Shown here: in pieces, positions 1 through 12,147 of the stretch | Position numbering within the stretch: the first letter of the stretch is position 1 | Layout of the letters: the number at the start of each line of letters is the position of its first letter | Assembly: GCF_003073045.1 (NCBI RefSeq) | Contig: NC_037594.1 | Coordinates: 13,301,353-13,365,352, forward strand | Length of the DNA stretch: 64,000 bases | Source of the DNA: Pomacea canaliculata | Lineage: Eukaryota | Reading direction: 5' to 3' | Position numbers and translations under genes: made by a program | Notes under the pieces: generated by a model | What the model saw: only the letters and a program-made list of their open reading frames with translations | Databases searched by the model: none | What the model was told of the DNA's origin: nothing

Positions 1-3000
1 TTCACTTAACTATAAAGCCAAAAAAGAAAAAAAGGTGATAGTCCAAGGCCAGTTGGGACCTTTGGCAGAAAATGTCCTAATGTACCAAACGTTTTATTAA
101 TAAATGGTCTTCCCATTTCTAATCAAAGGAGATAATGGTGGCGGTAAGGGTTGGGACTCTGTGAACCATTTATCTTTGCTTTTCCTACGGCCACTAGGTT
201 ACTGGACTCTTTTTACCTTTCCCTTGTTTTTCTTCATGATATAAATTGAATATGATAAAAAAAATGGAATCACGGTTGGAGTATAAAATAATAAAAGGAC
301 CACAGGAATCTAGAGGCAATAAAGACAGAGAACATGTCACCGTGTCCTGGGCACGGCATGTGGAAGGCGAAACAAACTTTTACTTCCGCCAAAGGTCAAG
401 TGTCCTTCCCTTGCTAATTCCACTTTACCCTTGTACCTTAGCAATACATGTACATGTTTTGATGCCTTTTTTCACTTGTAGTTATAAATATCAAAAGGCG
501 GTCGGTCCACACTACAAGCGTTATTTGCGATAATACACCAGCATTCGGGCCACGGCTACCCTCCCTCCCACCCACACAAACTTTGTACAAAACAATGGAT
601 ATCGACATGTAATTGTTGATCAGTGTAATCTACCTTTTTTTCGTATTACGATGTACTGTACTTTTCGCAGACATTTAGAGCAAAAGCTGGATACACTTGT
701 CTAAAGGAAAAAAGACTGTTAATGAAAACACTCGATAAGCTGTTCCTGCTGGTGCTGAAAACATCTCGTGGAGTGCAAGATCTACCAAACCTGGACCATT
801 ATTATGAGAACATCGGTTGAATTTTTAAAGTAGGCGCAGTCCTGTGGAACACATATCTCGCGTAAATCTCGAGTGACCTGCACAAGTTACATGGTGACAT
901 GGCACAGGGAACTCAGGGACGGAATTACGGGGGGCAAACTGTCCTTGAGCTGGCTCTCTCCCTCGCTCCATTGTTGTTACGTCCTCAGCTCCTCTGTCTC
1001 CTTAGCAGTTAGAATGTCGCGCGCACCTGGCTAGCAGACTCGGCGACCGTCGCCGTTTCACACCCTACGTGATTTATGTCTTGGGAATCCCAAACATGAC
1101 CCCCCACCCTTCACTCCAAAGAGTCTCTACCGCCGGTGGCAAGGCGGTAAGAAGGCCGGGGGGAGGAGGCTGGCCGAATCCGTCGTTCTAAGGTTGTGCT
1201 GATGGACAGTTTGGGATTTGCCCTGGTAGCCTCCCCACCCACCAACTCATTTTCAGTTGAAGGTTTTCTCCTGGTGTTTCGGGTTCAAGGCAATTTAGAA
1301 TGAATCCGTGTTGGGAGGGACTTGTACTTACCTGGCCGTGGCTGCGACCTGACCTGTTGGCTTTAACTCGTCTGCTAAGGTCAATGGAAATTTAACTGTG
1401 CCCCGCCTGTTCGTCGCTGAGAGTGAGCTGCATTCAAGTAGCTGGTCAGAGAATAATGTACGACAAATTATCCTCACAGAAGTCCTGTTGGGCTTATCTT
1501 TATCCAAGGTTATAAGTATAGTATAATAAGCATCAGGCATTCTCCTGTTTACTTTCTGAACAAAGCACGGTTTAAAAACGGAGACCGTTTATAAAAATGT
1601 CAACTTTTCCTCGCAAAAAAGAGAACGCAAATATAATCATTATTCTTTCAACATAATTTATAGAATAAAAGCACAATATATATATAATAAAGTGTAGCCA
1701 TGCAAAAGTTGAAAAATTAAAAATCCTATTTAAAAAATGAAAAAGTACGAAAAAACACATTCATTCGGCGGGTTCTGTACTGAACTAGCTCTAAATTTGT
1801 AACCTGAATAAAAGTTCTGGACAGAACAATGTAACAAAGTGTAGAGCTGAAATTCGCTGAGGAGATACACAACAGTTGTTGCCGCTTTTTAAACACGTTG
1901 TCACTAAATATTTTGTGAGCCAAGTTCGTGGGCATGTTCTGTGTAAAATGCGAGACCCCAGCCTTCAATGCTTATGATGTTGCCTATACAAATCATGGAA
2001 AGGGGTAGGGGTCAGAGAGCACGCTCCTCTCATGACCCCTTCCAATGAAAATAATAATAGCAAGAACAACACGCATTTACTTCCCCCCCCCCCAATAATC
2101 GAAACACTAACAAACAAAAGAACCCCAAACAAATCAAATAACAAAAAAGAAGTTAACTTTTTAGTGAACAGTTCACTGTACTCAAACTGTTTGTAGAGTT
2201 TATATTCTAAACTGCTGCTGGAAAATTATCTTATGTCTTCATCTAGAAGGGTTCCAACCACTCGTTTCGATGTAAAAGCTTAAACAGTGAGAGTGTTCTT
2301 AAGACTGTGATGTGAATATACTTTAAATAGTATTTTGTCGATAAAACTGATTGAAAACTGTTCGTACGTTGAGATCAGCGCCGCGCAAGGTTCGTCCCAG
2401 CAGCCGTTGGACTTGCAGCATCTTCACGTTGCCAATGATTGGCCCATCAATGAGCACCGGGGACCTCATGTGGGGTACAGGGTGTGTGTCTGCTCAAAGG
2501 GGCTGCAAAACGGCGAAATCAGTTAATGTACTGGAAGCAAGTCTGGGAAAACATGACGCAATGGCGTGTATGTGCTCACAAAAAAACAAACAAACAAAAA
2601 AAAGAACTCGTGAGATTATCCTGCTCTGTGGGACTTCCTCTTTGATCTTGACCCCAGCACTAAGCATGTTATCATTTCCTGCGCTGGCTGCCCCGTGGCG
2701 AAGAAAGTGCTTGGTCCGTCTTTCTCCATCATGCAGGGCATCAAATTCGTCCTCAACACTTGCTGAAAGTTAACGTATGGCGAAGAATGCATTCATAGTG
2801 ACTGCAGCTGCAGAAAGCCTAAAAAAGCTGATTCGACATTCTGAGATGTTTTGTACGAGATTACAGATGATATTAGGAGATATGTAGCAAAGTGCCTAGG
2901 AGAGACACAATCTACAGAAGTGTGCAGACATAAATATCCAAACCGAAATTATCTCTTTTTATCTTCCATTCTTGAAGCCATAACGCAGCGAGCCTTAGTA

Positions 3001-3798
3001 TCTAAATGTCTTTAAGTGAACGTGGGGGGAAAAAAAGAAGAAAAAAGTGAGAGAGACAGGAAACGAAAGAAAAAGGACGAGGGGAGAGAAGCAGAAGATT
3101 TTTTTTTCTGCATAAGAAAAATGAGTAAGACAATTAATTACCTTCTCCTCATCCCACCTCTATAATTAAGCACACAAGACCTCGTTTCGCGCCTAACAAA
3201 GAAATGACAGAAGGCAGATTTTCTAACATTTCTGCACCTTGTTCTTTTCTTGTACGGAGTTATTTATTACGAGTACCTGCTAAGAAGCACGGCACCTGGA
3301 ATCAGCCAGTATAACTTGGGCTGTTTCCCAAGATAATAGTGAGTACAGCGACTTTGTGCTTCAATTTATTAGTCACATCCACCCGCCCAGCGAGCCTCCA
3401 GTTTCTTCTGACAAAGCCTGCGGGCCAGGTTCAAAAGGTAAATGTTGACACGAAATGCTTTTCTGTGGGCTTACGTGTCTGTAAAACACTTGGGGATACT
3501 TTGAAACTGCCGCCGGGGTAACCTCGATATTTAATTATATTTTTTTTCCTGCAAAGCTTGGTTAAATGCTTTCTTCTTGTGGCCTAAAACGTCTGTCTGT
3601 CTGCACAAGACAAGGAGATCCTCTTTGTAGAGAAAGAGTAATTTCCAAAAGGAAAAATTCATTTTACCTTTTGAGAGACCTACCCTGCAATACGTTTTTG
3701 CTCGTCACAACTTTTCATATTATATCCTTGAAAATACAAGGAAAAACAAGACAAAATAGGAAAAAAATTAATTCTGTCACCGATAATTACTTTATAAA

Positions 3799-3802
<4 letters not shown>

Positions 3803-3841
<39 letters not shown>
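3803..3841. repeat. poly(T) homopolymer, ~39 nt
   Basis: Read directly from the sequence. Confidence 0.95.
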
Positions 3842-3843
<2 letters not shown>

Positions 3844-6800
3844 ATGAAGCTAAGTGTCTTCAAACTGGGGTATTTGAGCTGTCAGCATGGATAAGAAATT
3901 TGTGGTTGGAAATTATTAAGAGTTAGTAAGCGTGTAACAGGTCGAGGATTGCTGGATACATGCAGAGATGTATGAATGTTTGTGTCATTACTTTTTTCCT
4001 CTCTCTCTCTCACACACACACCACGAGCAACTGTGGCGATGCGAATGTATTTCTATATGATACTCTTCTTCTCTTATATCTGCTTTTGTTTTGAGATTGA
4101 GAGAGAGAGAGAGACTGAATTAGAGAAAGCTCTAGTATTCTTTCACATACTTGTTGATTGTTGATTGATACCCTTCCAATCCAATTTTTTTAAAAAAACC
4201 TGTCTGCCTGTGTGTTTGTCTGTCTGGAGAATAATTTCAGTCATAATGTCTTTGTAGATTGCCTGAAGCTGGCGAAACCCGCCGAGAGAAGCTGGGTATC
4301 TTTCAAACGACGACCTTTTTTATCACCCATCTCCTTCCACAGACACTTTCTTTTCGCCACCCGTCCCATCATCTCCCCTCTCATCTCCTCTCCGCCTCAT
4401 CTTTTTACGTCTGCCGGCAGAAGAAGGGGCTGGTCCAACGGAAAAGAGCCTCTCTGAGAGCACGCGCAGCAGACTGAGAGAGGTCTAAACTCGCACAGCG
4501 ATATATCCTCTTCTTTCCCTATTAAATCGTCTCCCCCTTCGATTCCGCAGGCACTACAGATAGGTGGCGCTCATAACCTGCTCTGCTCTCAGCACGCCAC
4601 CCATCTATCAAGAACATCAAAGAAACAAGAGCGGTAATTACCTCCTGTATTTCTCGACAGCAGCTTAAAAGGTTTGAGAATGGTTTTGAAATTTATAGAC
4701 CGTTAGTCGGCCTATTCATATTTCCACTTAACTACCGTTGGTTACGGACCGCGACGCAACCCAAGAGTGGTCTGTCAGAACAGTCCAAGTTATGTGCCCT
4801 TACAGCCAGTCTCGGCGCTTCCATGTACCGTTAGAATGACTCGCAGACCGTTTATTGACATTGTCTTCTTTCTTCTGCTGCATGCTCGACGTCACCGCGC
4901 ATTTCGAGAGTGACTTTTGCCATCCAGTGATTGGTCCATTTGCACAAATAAAAGTCGCAGGCATGCTACTATCAAAACTATTCACGTTAGTCGTGATTCT
5001 TCTGCCCAAGTTTTGAAAAAGAGACAGCTATAAAATGAAATAGTAATGACAAGTATTACAAGCTGTTTACACGACAAAATAAACAAAGCTTTTATCATAG
5101 TTTAGACTCATGCATAAGAATAAGAATGGATGACATCCATTTTTAATGGAACTGTGACTGGTCAGTGAAACCACAGACTGGTCCGTACCACCACATCATT
5201 TAGCTACGCCACATCGGTTAGAGCACCACACCGGTCACTGACATACACACAGTGGTCAATGACCGGTCAGTCACATACCACACACACACACAACATGCCT
5301 AAAGCTTGCACAAGGGAACCTTCCGTGCACGCGCCCACAGACAGCCCCAGCCCACCCTGCACGTGTGAATTGCATGCAATGTTTTTCTTTCCCTTCGCTG
5401 AGGTTATGCGCGAGAAATGAGGGCTGGAGGACCACTGCCCTTTTTTTTGGCTGCACGTTTCCTCTTTCTTTATTTGAGTCGGAACCTCCTTAAACGTGCC
5501 ATCTTTAATGACAAAAAAAGGTTATGGGTCGTAGCGACAAACACAAACCTTTCTGGAAAAGTTCTGGGGCAGAATGCATGAAACGGGCTCACAGAGTAAT
5601 GCCAACAAAATACGCAGACATCTAAGTCTTTGTTGGAGAGCCTGAATGTCTGAAGACATTACACTAGTCTGACATCATTTCTCCGTTGCACTTTGAAGTC
5701 CGGGGCTGAGGTCCGAAGCGAGGATTGTGATTGCTCTCCCTTCAAGCATCATGTCCCGGATGTTAGTGGATTAACAACTGGCAGGTTTAAGTAAGCGAGA
5801 AACCAGTGTCCTACCGCCACGTGCTACAGTAAAACCTTTCCTACACACAAGCTCGTTAAACACATCTGATTCATACCTTTTAAAATTCACGACGAATGCG
5901 TTTCGTGTCTCAAAGCATTACCGTTACTGCTCTTCGTGCGCCCGGCTGACTACATTAGCGGAGGATGTAGACCAATCGTCTTTGGGGCCGAAGGTAGGAA
6001 AGCTAAGTAGGACCAGCAGAAATGTGGGAGTCGTGTAACTAGGTGTAGACCTTATGGGTCAGGAGATAACCTGGAGGTCCACCTCTTGGCTACATCAAAG
6101 GGTTGTAGTTATAGATCAGAGATAAAGCTGCTTCTAAGGCAGCCATATATCCCTGCTCCTTACCTCAGAGGTTGGCCAACAGCCTTGTCTCCGCTCTCGC
6201 AGACCACTTCAACAGGCATGGGGTTAGCTTAATATGTATAGCTTTAAACCAACAGATGTACAAGTAAATAAATGATCAGCATAATGACTGATTGGATCCT
6301 TTCCAATATGAGATTCTTTCCCGTCGTTTCTTATCTGGTGAGTTCGGCAAAGGATTTTGTCCGTCCCTCCACTCCCCTCCTGTGTGTTTATCTCAAGGTG
6401 AGGAAGTTTTGCTGTGACACCGGGTCATGCAATGGGGCTAGGGAGCCACCCGGGGGCTGAAGATGCCGCCGTCGCTGCTGGCTATTTTGCGCAATATTTC
6501 AACCGATGCTAACAGACGGGGAATATGTTTTCAATTTTGGCACTTGTCGGAAAACGCCGACTTCAAAGCCAACGTTATGATGGTCTCAGCAGGAGCTGCT
6601 GCTGGCTTCGAGAAGTCTCTATCACCGCTCCAAGTCAGCTCCTTAAAACTGATGGAAGGTGGGGGTAGGAGAGAGAAGGATGGAGTTGGGCAGAGAAGTG
6701 GGTGTAGTCATGGAGATGGCTAACTTGTGTTGAATGATTCGCGAGGAAGCTCATTTGGGGAGAGGGGAGGTGGTGGTGAATTTAAAAGGGGGAAAAAAAT

Positions 6801-7874
6801 CCAGAAGCCGCTTTCCTTTTCCCGCCTCATCCACTGATTCTATGAAGATCGCAACCATTGCGCACAGAATACGAGATACTTCAGCTTGAGTGCGCAGTCA
6901 ATCACGCCACACGGAGGAAAATTTCCTGCAAACGAATTAGCAAACATGAAAGTGGAAATGACGAAATGCGCGGGCTGCTTATCGCTAAGAGTCCGCCTAG
7001 CACTGGCGCACGTGCGCTTGACGAAGTATATGGCTGGCAAGTGCAAGTGGCCTCCATTGAACCTTCTAAGGAAACAATCACTTGGTCGTTTGTTACCAAA
7101 AAAAAAAGTCACAGACTCTGTGTCAGCAGAACTGGTCTTGTGGAGTGGCTGAGTAGCTAGTTTTTGCCAGCGTCATAATAAACAAAACAAAAACAAAAAC
7201 AACTATGAACATAAGTATTGGTGAGGATGGGGGTTATGCCTATATCATCCTTACATGTGCATGCATATTCATGCAGAAAGTAAATAAATTAAAAAACCCA
7301 ATGAAATGTGCTTTTCAGAAAATCGCAGAGAAGTTTTCAAGCTAGAATTTCTAATATTTGCACAACAGGAAATGGATGGAGGAATGATTGCCTGGACGGA
7401 GGAGTTCGACTTATGAGAGACAATCACTCACCTGGCGAGCCTTGGATTTTGAAGGAAGAGAAACAGGGACATACAGGGTGCACAGTGCACAAACGAACAA
7501 CATCGCGATGTATTGTCGTCTCAGCACATCATAAACGTTGGTTCACAATGGACATGAATAAACGGTGTTATTCGTTTCATCTGTTCAAACTACGGCTGAC
7601 GAGAAGAGAGAGAAAAGAAACTGTTTAAAGGGGGCGGATAGGTGGGTGGAAGAAGGTCAAAGCACCCAATTTATTGCACAGTAAATGGTGTTGGTCGTCT
7701 GTGCAGAGTTCGCAAAGTCAAGGTGAAACATCCAATAGAGCGTTATGTAGTCGGTGTACGTTGTGACCCTACCACGTGACTGTCGCACACACACACACAG
7801 CCACAGAAAGTAGAGATTGCCTAGGAGGCTGCTTTAAAAAAAGCAGTTGCACAGGCACCACATGTTTTTGTTTT

Positions 7875-7965
7875 TAATAATAATTATTATTATCGCATGA
7901 TTTATGTAGCGCCTCATCACTCTCGCTTAGGAGCATGATCTCAGTGCTTAATGACAAGTAGCAGA
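7875..7965 (-). mobile_element. Minus-strand copy of the SINE-like family (reverse complement reads '...cctaagcgagagtgatgaggcgctacataaatcatgcgataataataattattatta')
   Basis: The reverse complement carries 'gcgagag...ggcgctacataaat' plus an (ATA/ATT)n tail. Confidence 0.4.
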
Positions 7966-8989
7966 CACGAACAGAATACGAAGGACGGTGCGAAAAAAAG
8001 CTTTGCAGACAAATAATAAAAGAGAAGCAGAGAAGACACAAAGAGGAATCGGGGAACAAACAATAAGGATGGAGAGTGTCATAAATCTGCAAACAAGTAC
8101 GAGAAGGCGGACTAGTTAGTTGACTATAATCACAACTATTGATATGTTGATCGGTGTAAGGAGTGATGCTGATGGAGCAGATGTGTTTTCAGTGCATGTT
8201 TAAAGGATTCGATGGTGGTTAGATGGCGGATATGGAGGGGAAGAGACGTTCCACTGTTTTGTAGCACAGTAACTAAAACTCGGGTGACCATATGTTGTAG
8301 TTCGGGTGACAGGGATAGAGAGCGGACGGTCATCAGGCGAAGAGCGGAGTAGTCTGGCTGGGATGTAGGGGAAGAAGTTCAGAGAAAGAGCCAGGGCAGG
8401 AGCCTGAAAATAACTTACAACACAGCACACACAGTTTGTACGGATGGGTAGTCAGTGCAAAGAACGTAGGAGAGGAGACAGTTAATTCAGTGTCGTTTAA
8501 GAAGAGAAGGTCCAGTGACCCAACCAGAGAGATGAAGATTATGTATAATGTCTCTGACCCGCTAACTAGCACACCTGCGTTATTTTCGTTTAATCCAGGT
8601 GAGTTACCTCACCTTCTTTCAGTGCTTTGCCTGAAGATGTTTACTGCCGACGGGACGGATTGTAAATAACCTCATTGAACCAAGCCCCCACTATTCCCAT
8701 TCCCAAAAGAAACAAGCTCTTTCATTCTCCCTCGCTAGTTTTTTCCCCCCTTTCATGCTTGCTACCTTCTTTCTTTCTTGCGTCACCTCCTTTTGTCCTT
8801 CTTGCGCTCTTTTTTGTACACGAGTTGCTAGAGGCGGCCACCGTTACATAAATAACTGTCCGTGCGATTGCGTGCTCTCTCTCTTCCTCGCTCTCTCGAT
8901 GTACTGAGTTAGCACAACACATGTGTAACAAGATCCAGGCACTGTCACTATAAACTACATGGTCATCCTCTTCGGCGTTTCCTCCTAAT

Positions 8990-9620
8990 TGAGCCCGGTA
9001 ACCTCCCCGGACAGCCCCTCAGACAAGAGGGGGCGGCCATCAGTCGCACACAAGATCCGTTTTTCCGCCGGCTCCGACAAGGTGTGAGTCGCGTCCCTTG
9101 GGCCCAGTGACGCCCTCACACCTCGCCGCCTCGCTCGGCCGTGGTGCGGCCATTATGAGGGCAGTGCTGCCGCGAGCCGGCCAGCGAGCATGTCAATAAA
9201 TATCTCATTACAATATTAATTCGCACAACCAGCACTCGTGGGCACGCGGGCGCGAGGTGTGAGGCCCATCTGCTGTGCACCAGCGCGGACAGACGCTCTT
9301 GCCTCGCAGAGCCATGCGGAGTACAGGGGTGTGGGGTGGGACTTGTGGGGTGGGGTAGCGGGGACAGGGATGGTCAAAGACGCTTCCACTCTTTATCTCT
9401 TCTCTCAGGGCACATTTTCCGACGAAATATTCGAAAGTCTGTAAACTACAGCTGGTGAGAAAAGCGGTAAAGACACTCGCGCTCCAAGCCACTGGGTGGC
9501 GTGTAGCTGGACACCGCGACTGACACTCTCTTGCCAGTAGAATGGGAAAGAACATGCAGGAAGTGCAGGAGGGGTGCAGGAAGCGTCAGGGAGGGTGGGG
9601 AGCGATGTTTACAAGTGTAT
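8990..9620. promoter_or_regulatory. Upstream CpG-rich block (candidate distal regulatory element or alternative promoter), ~15.5 kb 5' of the Lbx ATG
   Basis: It is CpG-dense (ccgccggctccgacaag, gcgagccggccagcgagc, gggcacgcgggcgcgagg) against an AT-rich background and contains 'caatattaattcgcac' with a TAAT core. The overlapping ORFs have no recognisable domain. Confidence 0.3.
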
Positions 9621-12073
9621 TTGTAAAGATGTCAGGAATAGTGGTGGGAGACACTTCCGAGGTGGCAGCTCAGTAATTCACCAATAACCACCACCCTCTT
9701 TTTCCAGAATCCGGCCACAGTCATCTGCTGTTTCCTGTTACACTATTTCCTAACAAGACTCTCAGTGTGATTTGTCAGGTAGTTTTAAACAAATAAAAGG
9801 AAATATTGATAATAATAGTAGTACTAAATATAAAATATCTATTCAATAACAAATTCATTATTTCCATATGAGGCGCCACATATCACACTGGAGTACGACT
9901 TTGTTTTTTAAGCATCATAGCTGACAGTTAAAGTTAGCGAATCTGAGTTACATATCACTACAGCTGTTAACGAAGACGATCTAGATAATTTTTGTCAGTG
10001 AGAGACATATGATACAAAGTAACGAGAGATTAACGGTTTAAAAATCACCGCAAACCCCCCAATAGCTATGGATCATTTAAATATATTTACAAGCAAAAAC
10101 AGTGTTTGCTGCATTGTAGAAAGCTAACATGATATTATTTTGTATAGAATCAACGATGGTTTTCTACTGACAGATATTTTGCATTATATAACAGTTCACT
10201 TTAGAGTCCTCGACACTTTGTTCTGGATAATAAATGAAACAATAGTATGTGGTGTGCGAATTATTCAGACGGACATGTAGTTGACAAGACTCGTACCAAA
10301 CCTAAAGAATAATGCCTTTACAAACACGTGCACATACACCTGAACATGAATTCGTAAATGTATGAAAACATATTTTCTGTATCGTACAGTGCAATAACCA
10401 GTCTGCCAATCACAAAATTTGCCAACGAACAAACGAAATGCACGCAGTAAGGAGGAAATAAGAAACAGCGTCATCCTCAGTTACTTCTATTGACATCGCT
10501 GATTGTGTTGAAAAACATTTGAGGTGCTTGATATGGTGATCTGTGGATGACTTTTTATCATTCTTCTTTTAGCTTGATTCCAGGACTCCGCTTCCTGCTA
10601 TGGTGGCATTTTTTTCACTCTTTTTTTTTTTTTTGCCGGGCAGTCTTTTTCCTTCAGAAAATAAATATGTGTGTGTGTGTGTGTTGCGCATGGGTGGGTG
10701 TGCTTGTATTGATAAATGTACAGAAAACCTGTAATCAAAATCTGTTTTCGATGTGAGAGAAATTGTGATAAATTTTAGAATGGCAAAGTGACGAGGAATC
10801 GTGCACGGTGGTGTGGGTGAGGGTGGGGATGGGACGCACGTCAGAAGGCGCATGACTGACGATCGCCTTCCCTGGAACGTCAGCCCTCGTGCCGCAAGCT
10901 GAACTCGCCGCTCCTCCGGTCCCCAGCGTCACTTTACCGCGGTCAGTTCTGACAGTTTTCTCCCTGACTGAAGAAGCTGATTGCAGCCTCTGGATGGAGG
11001 CCGCTTCCCGCTCAGCCGAGCGGCAGACTCGCTGTCTTTCGTAATTAACCACCCAGACTGGGACACTTCTCCAGTGTCGTTTGGTTAAGTGATTATGCTT
11101 GTACAATCATGGCACCGATATGAGACAAAACAAATCGACGACCTTCAGCCCACAACTCATCCTCCACATTATCTGTCCATTCTGGCCGCCGGCGTCTCGC
11201 CTGAGGGACTTCGCCGGAGGAGTGCGGGTGTATCAGGTTGCCAGGGGAGCTAAAGCGCAAATTCTGCCACTGAGTCTTGAGCACGCTTTAATGACCAGAA
11301 CGAGGCCACACCACGTTGGAGAGGTTGTGTGGGTTGGTGTTGGTGTTGGTGTTGGGGGGTGGGTGGGAGTGAAGAGAGAGAGAAAAAGAAAGTGTGTGTG
11401 TGCTTGTGTGTGTGTCGTTCTGACGTCCTTCCCTCTGCGCACTCGCTTGCTGCGTCGGCGTGGAAGCTGATGTGGATCATCCATTAAAACAACCGTCGCC
11501 AACGTGCTGAAGCGAATGTAATGATCTCACCGGGGACACGTGATGACAATTTGACGTCATCTGGGGGGATCCTCAGTTCTTGCACCATAAGTGTCGTTTT
11601 GCTCCAGAGGCGAGAAACGGCCCTCGCAGCCAACTCTGCCTCGCACACTTCTCAAGCTCGTAAGAATGAAGGCAGGTCATCAGGAAATGAACCCGGAATC
11701 TGTTCTAGTGGTAGACAACCCTCAGCACTGCCGTGCAAATGAAGCAATCGTGTTGCTTGTTCATCTTCTCAGTTCGAGAAGCCCAGCGAAACCAGTGCAA
11801 ACATTGTCAGCATCTCAACCCGTTCCTAATCCGCACAAACACAAAAAGTCTTCATTTTCCCAGAAGCTCCCTAAAACATGAAAAATCGTGTAATTATCAC
11901 TGTCTTTTGACAAACGAGAAGCACAAGTCAGATAAAATTGAAGTAGGTCGGCAGCAGGTTCTGCACGGTTTGTAGCTAAAGCAGACGCCACTGCCTCCGG
12001 TCTTGGTGAAAACGTCCGACAGGTCAACTATTCCAAGAAAGGTAACACAAAACTAAACTAAACTGAACACAAC

Positions 12074-12130
<57 letters not shown>

Positions 12131-12147
12131 GCAGCAGCAACAACAAA
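12074..12147. repeat. (CAA)n microsatellite of ~22 units, degenerating into (CAG)n
   Basis: Read directly from the sequence. It gives rise to the poly-V 'ORF' at 12058..12249 on the opposite strand. Confidence 0.95.

Noticed and set aside
1320-1490. 'acttacctggc' 11-mer identical to the 5' end of U1 snRNA
   Set aside because: The downstream sequence lacks the U1 stem-loop signatures (GATCACGAAGG, CATTGCAC, the Sm site AATTTGTGG) and the correct 3' end. On the other strand the 11-mer is simply a consensus 5' splice site, CAGGTAAGT.
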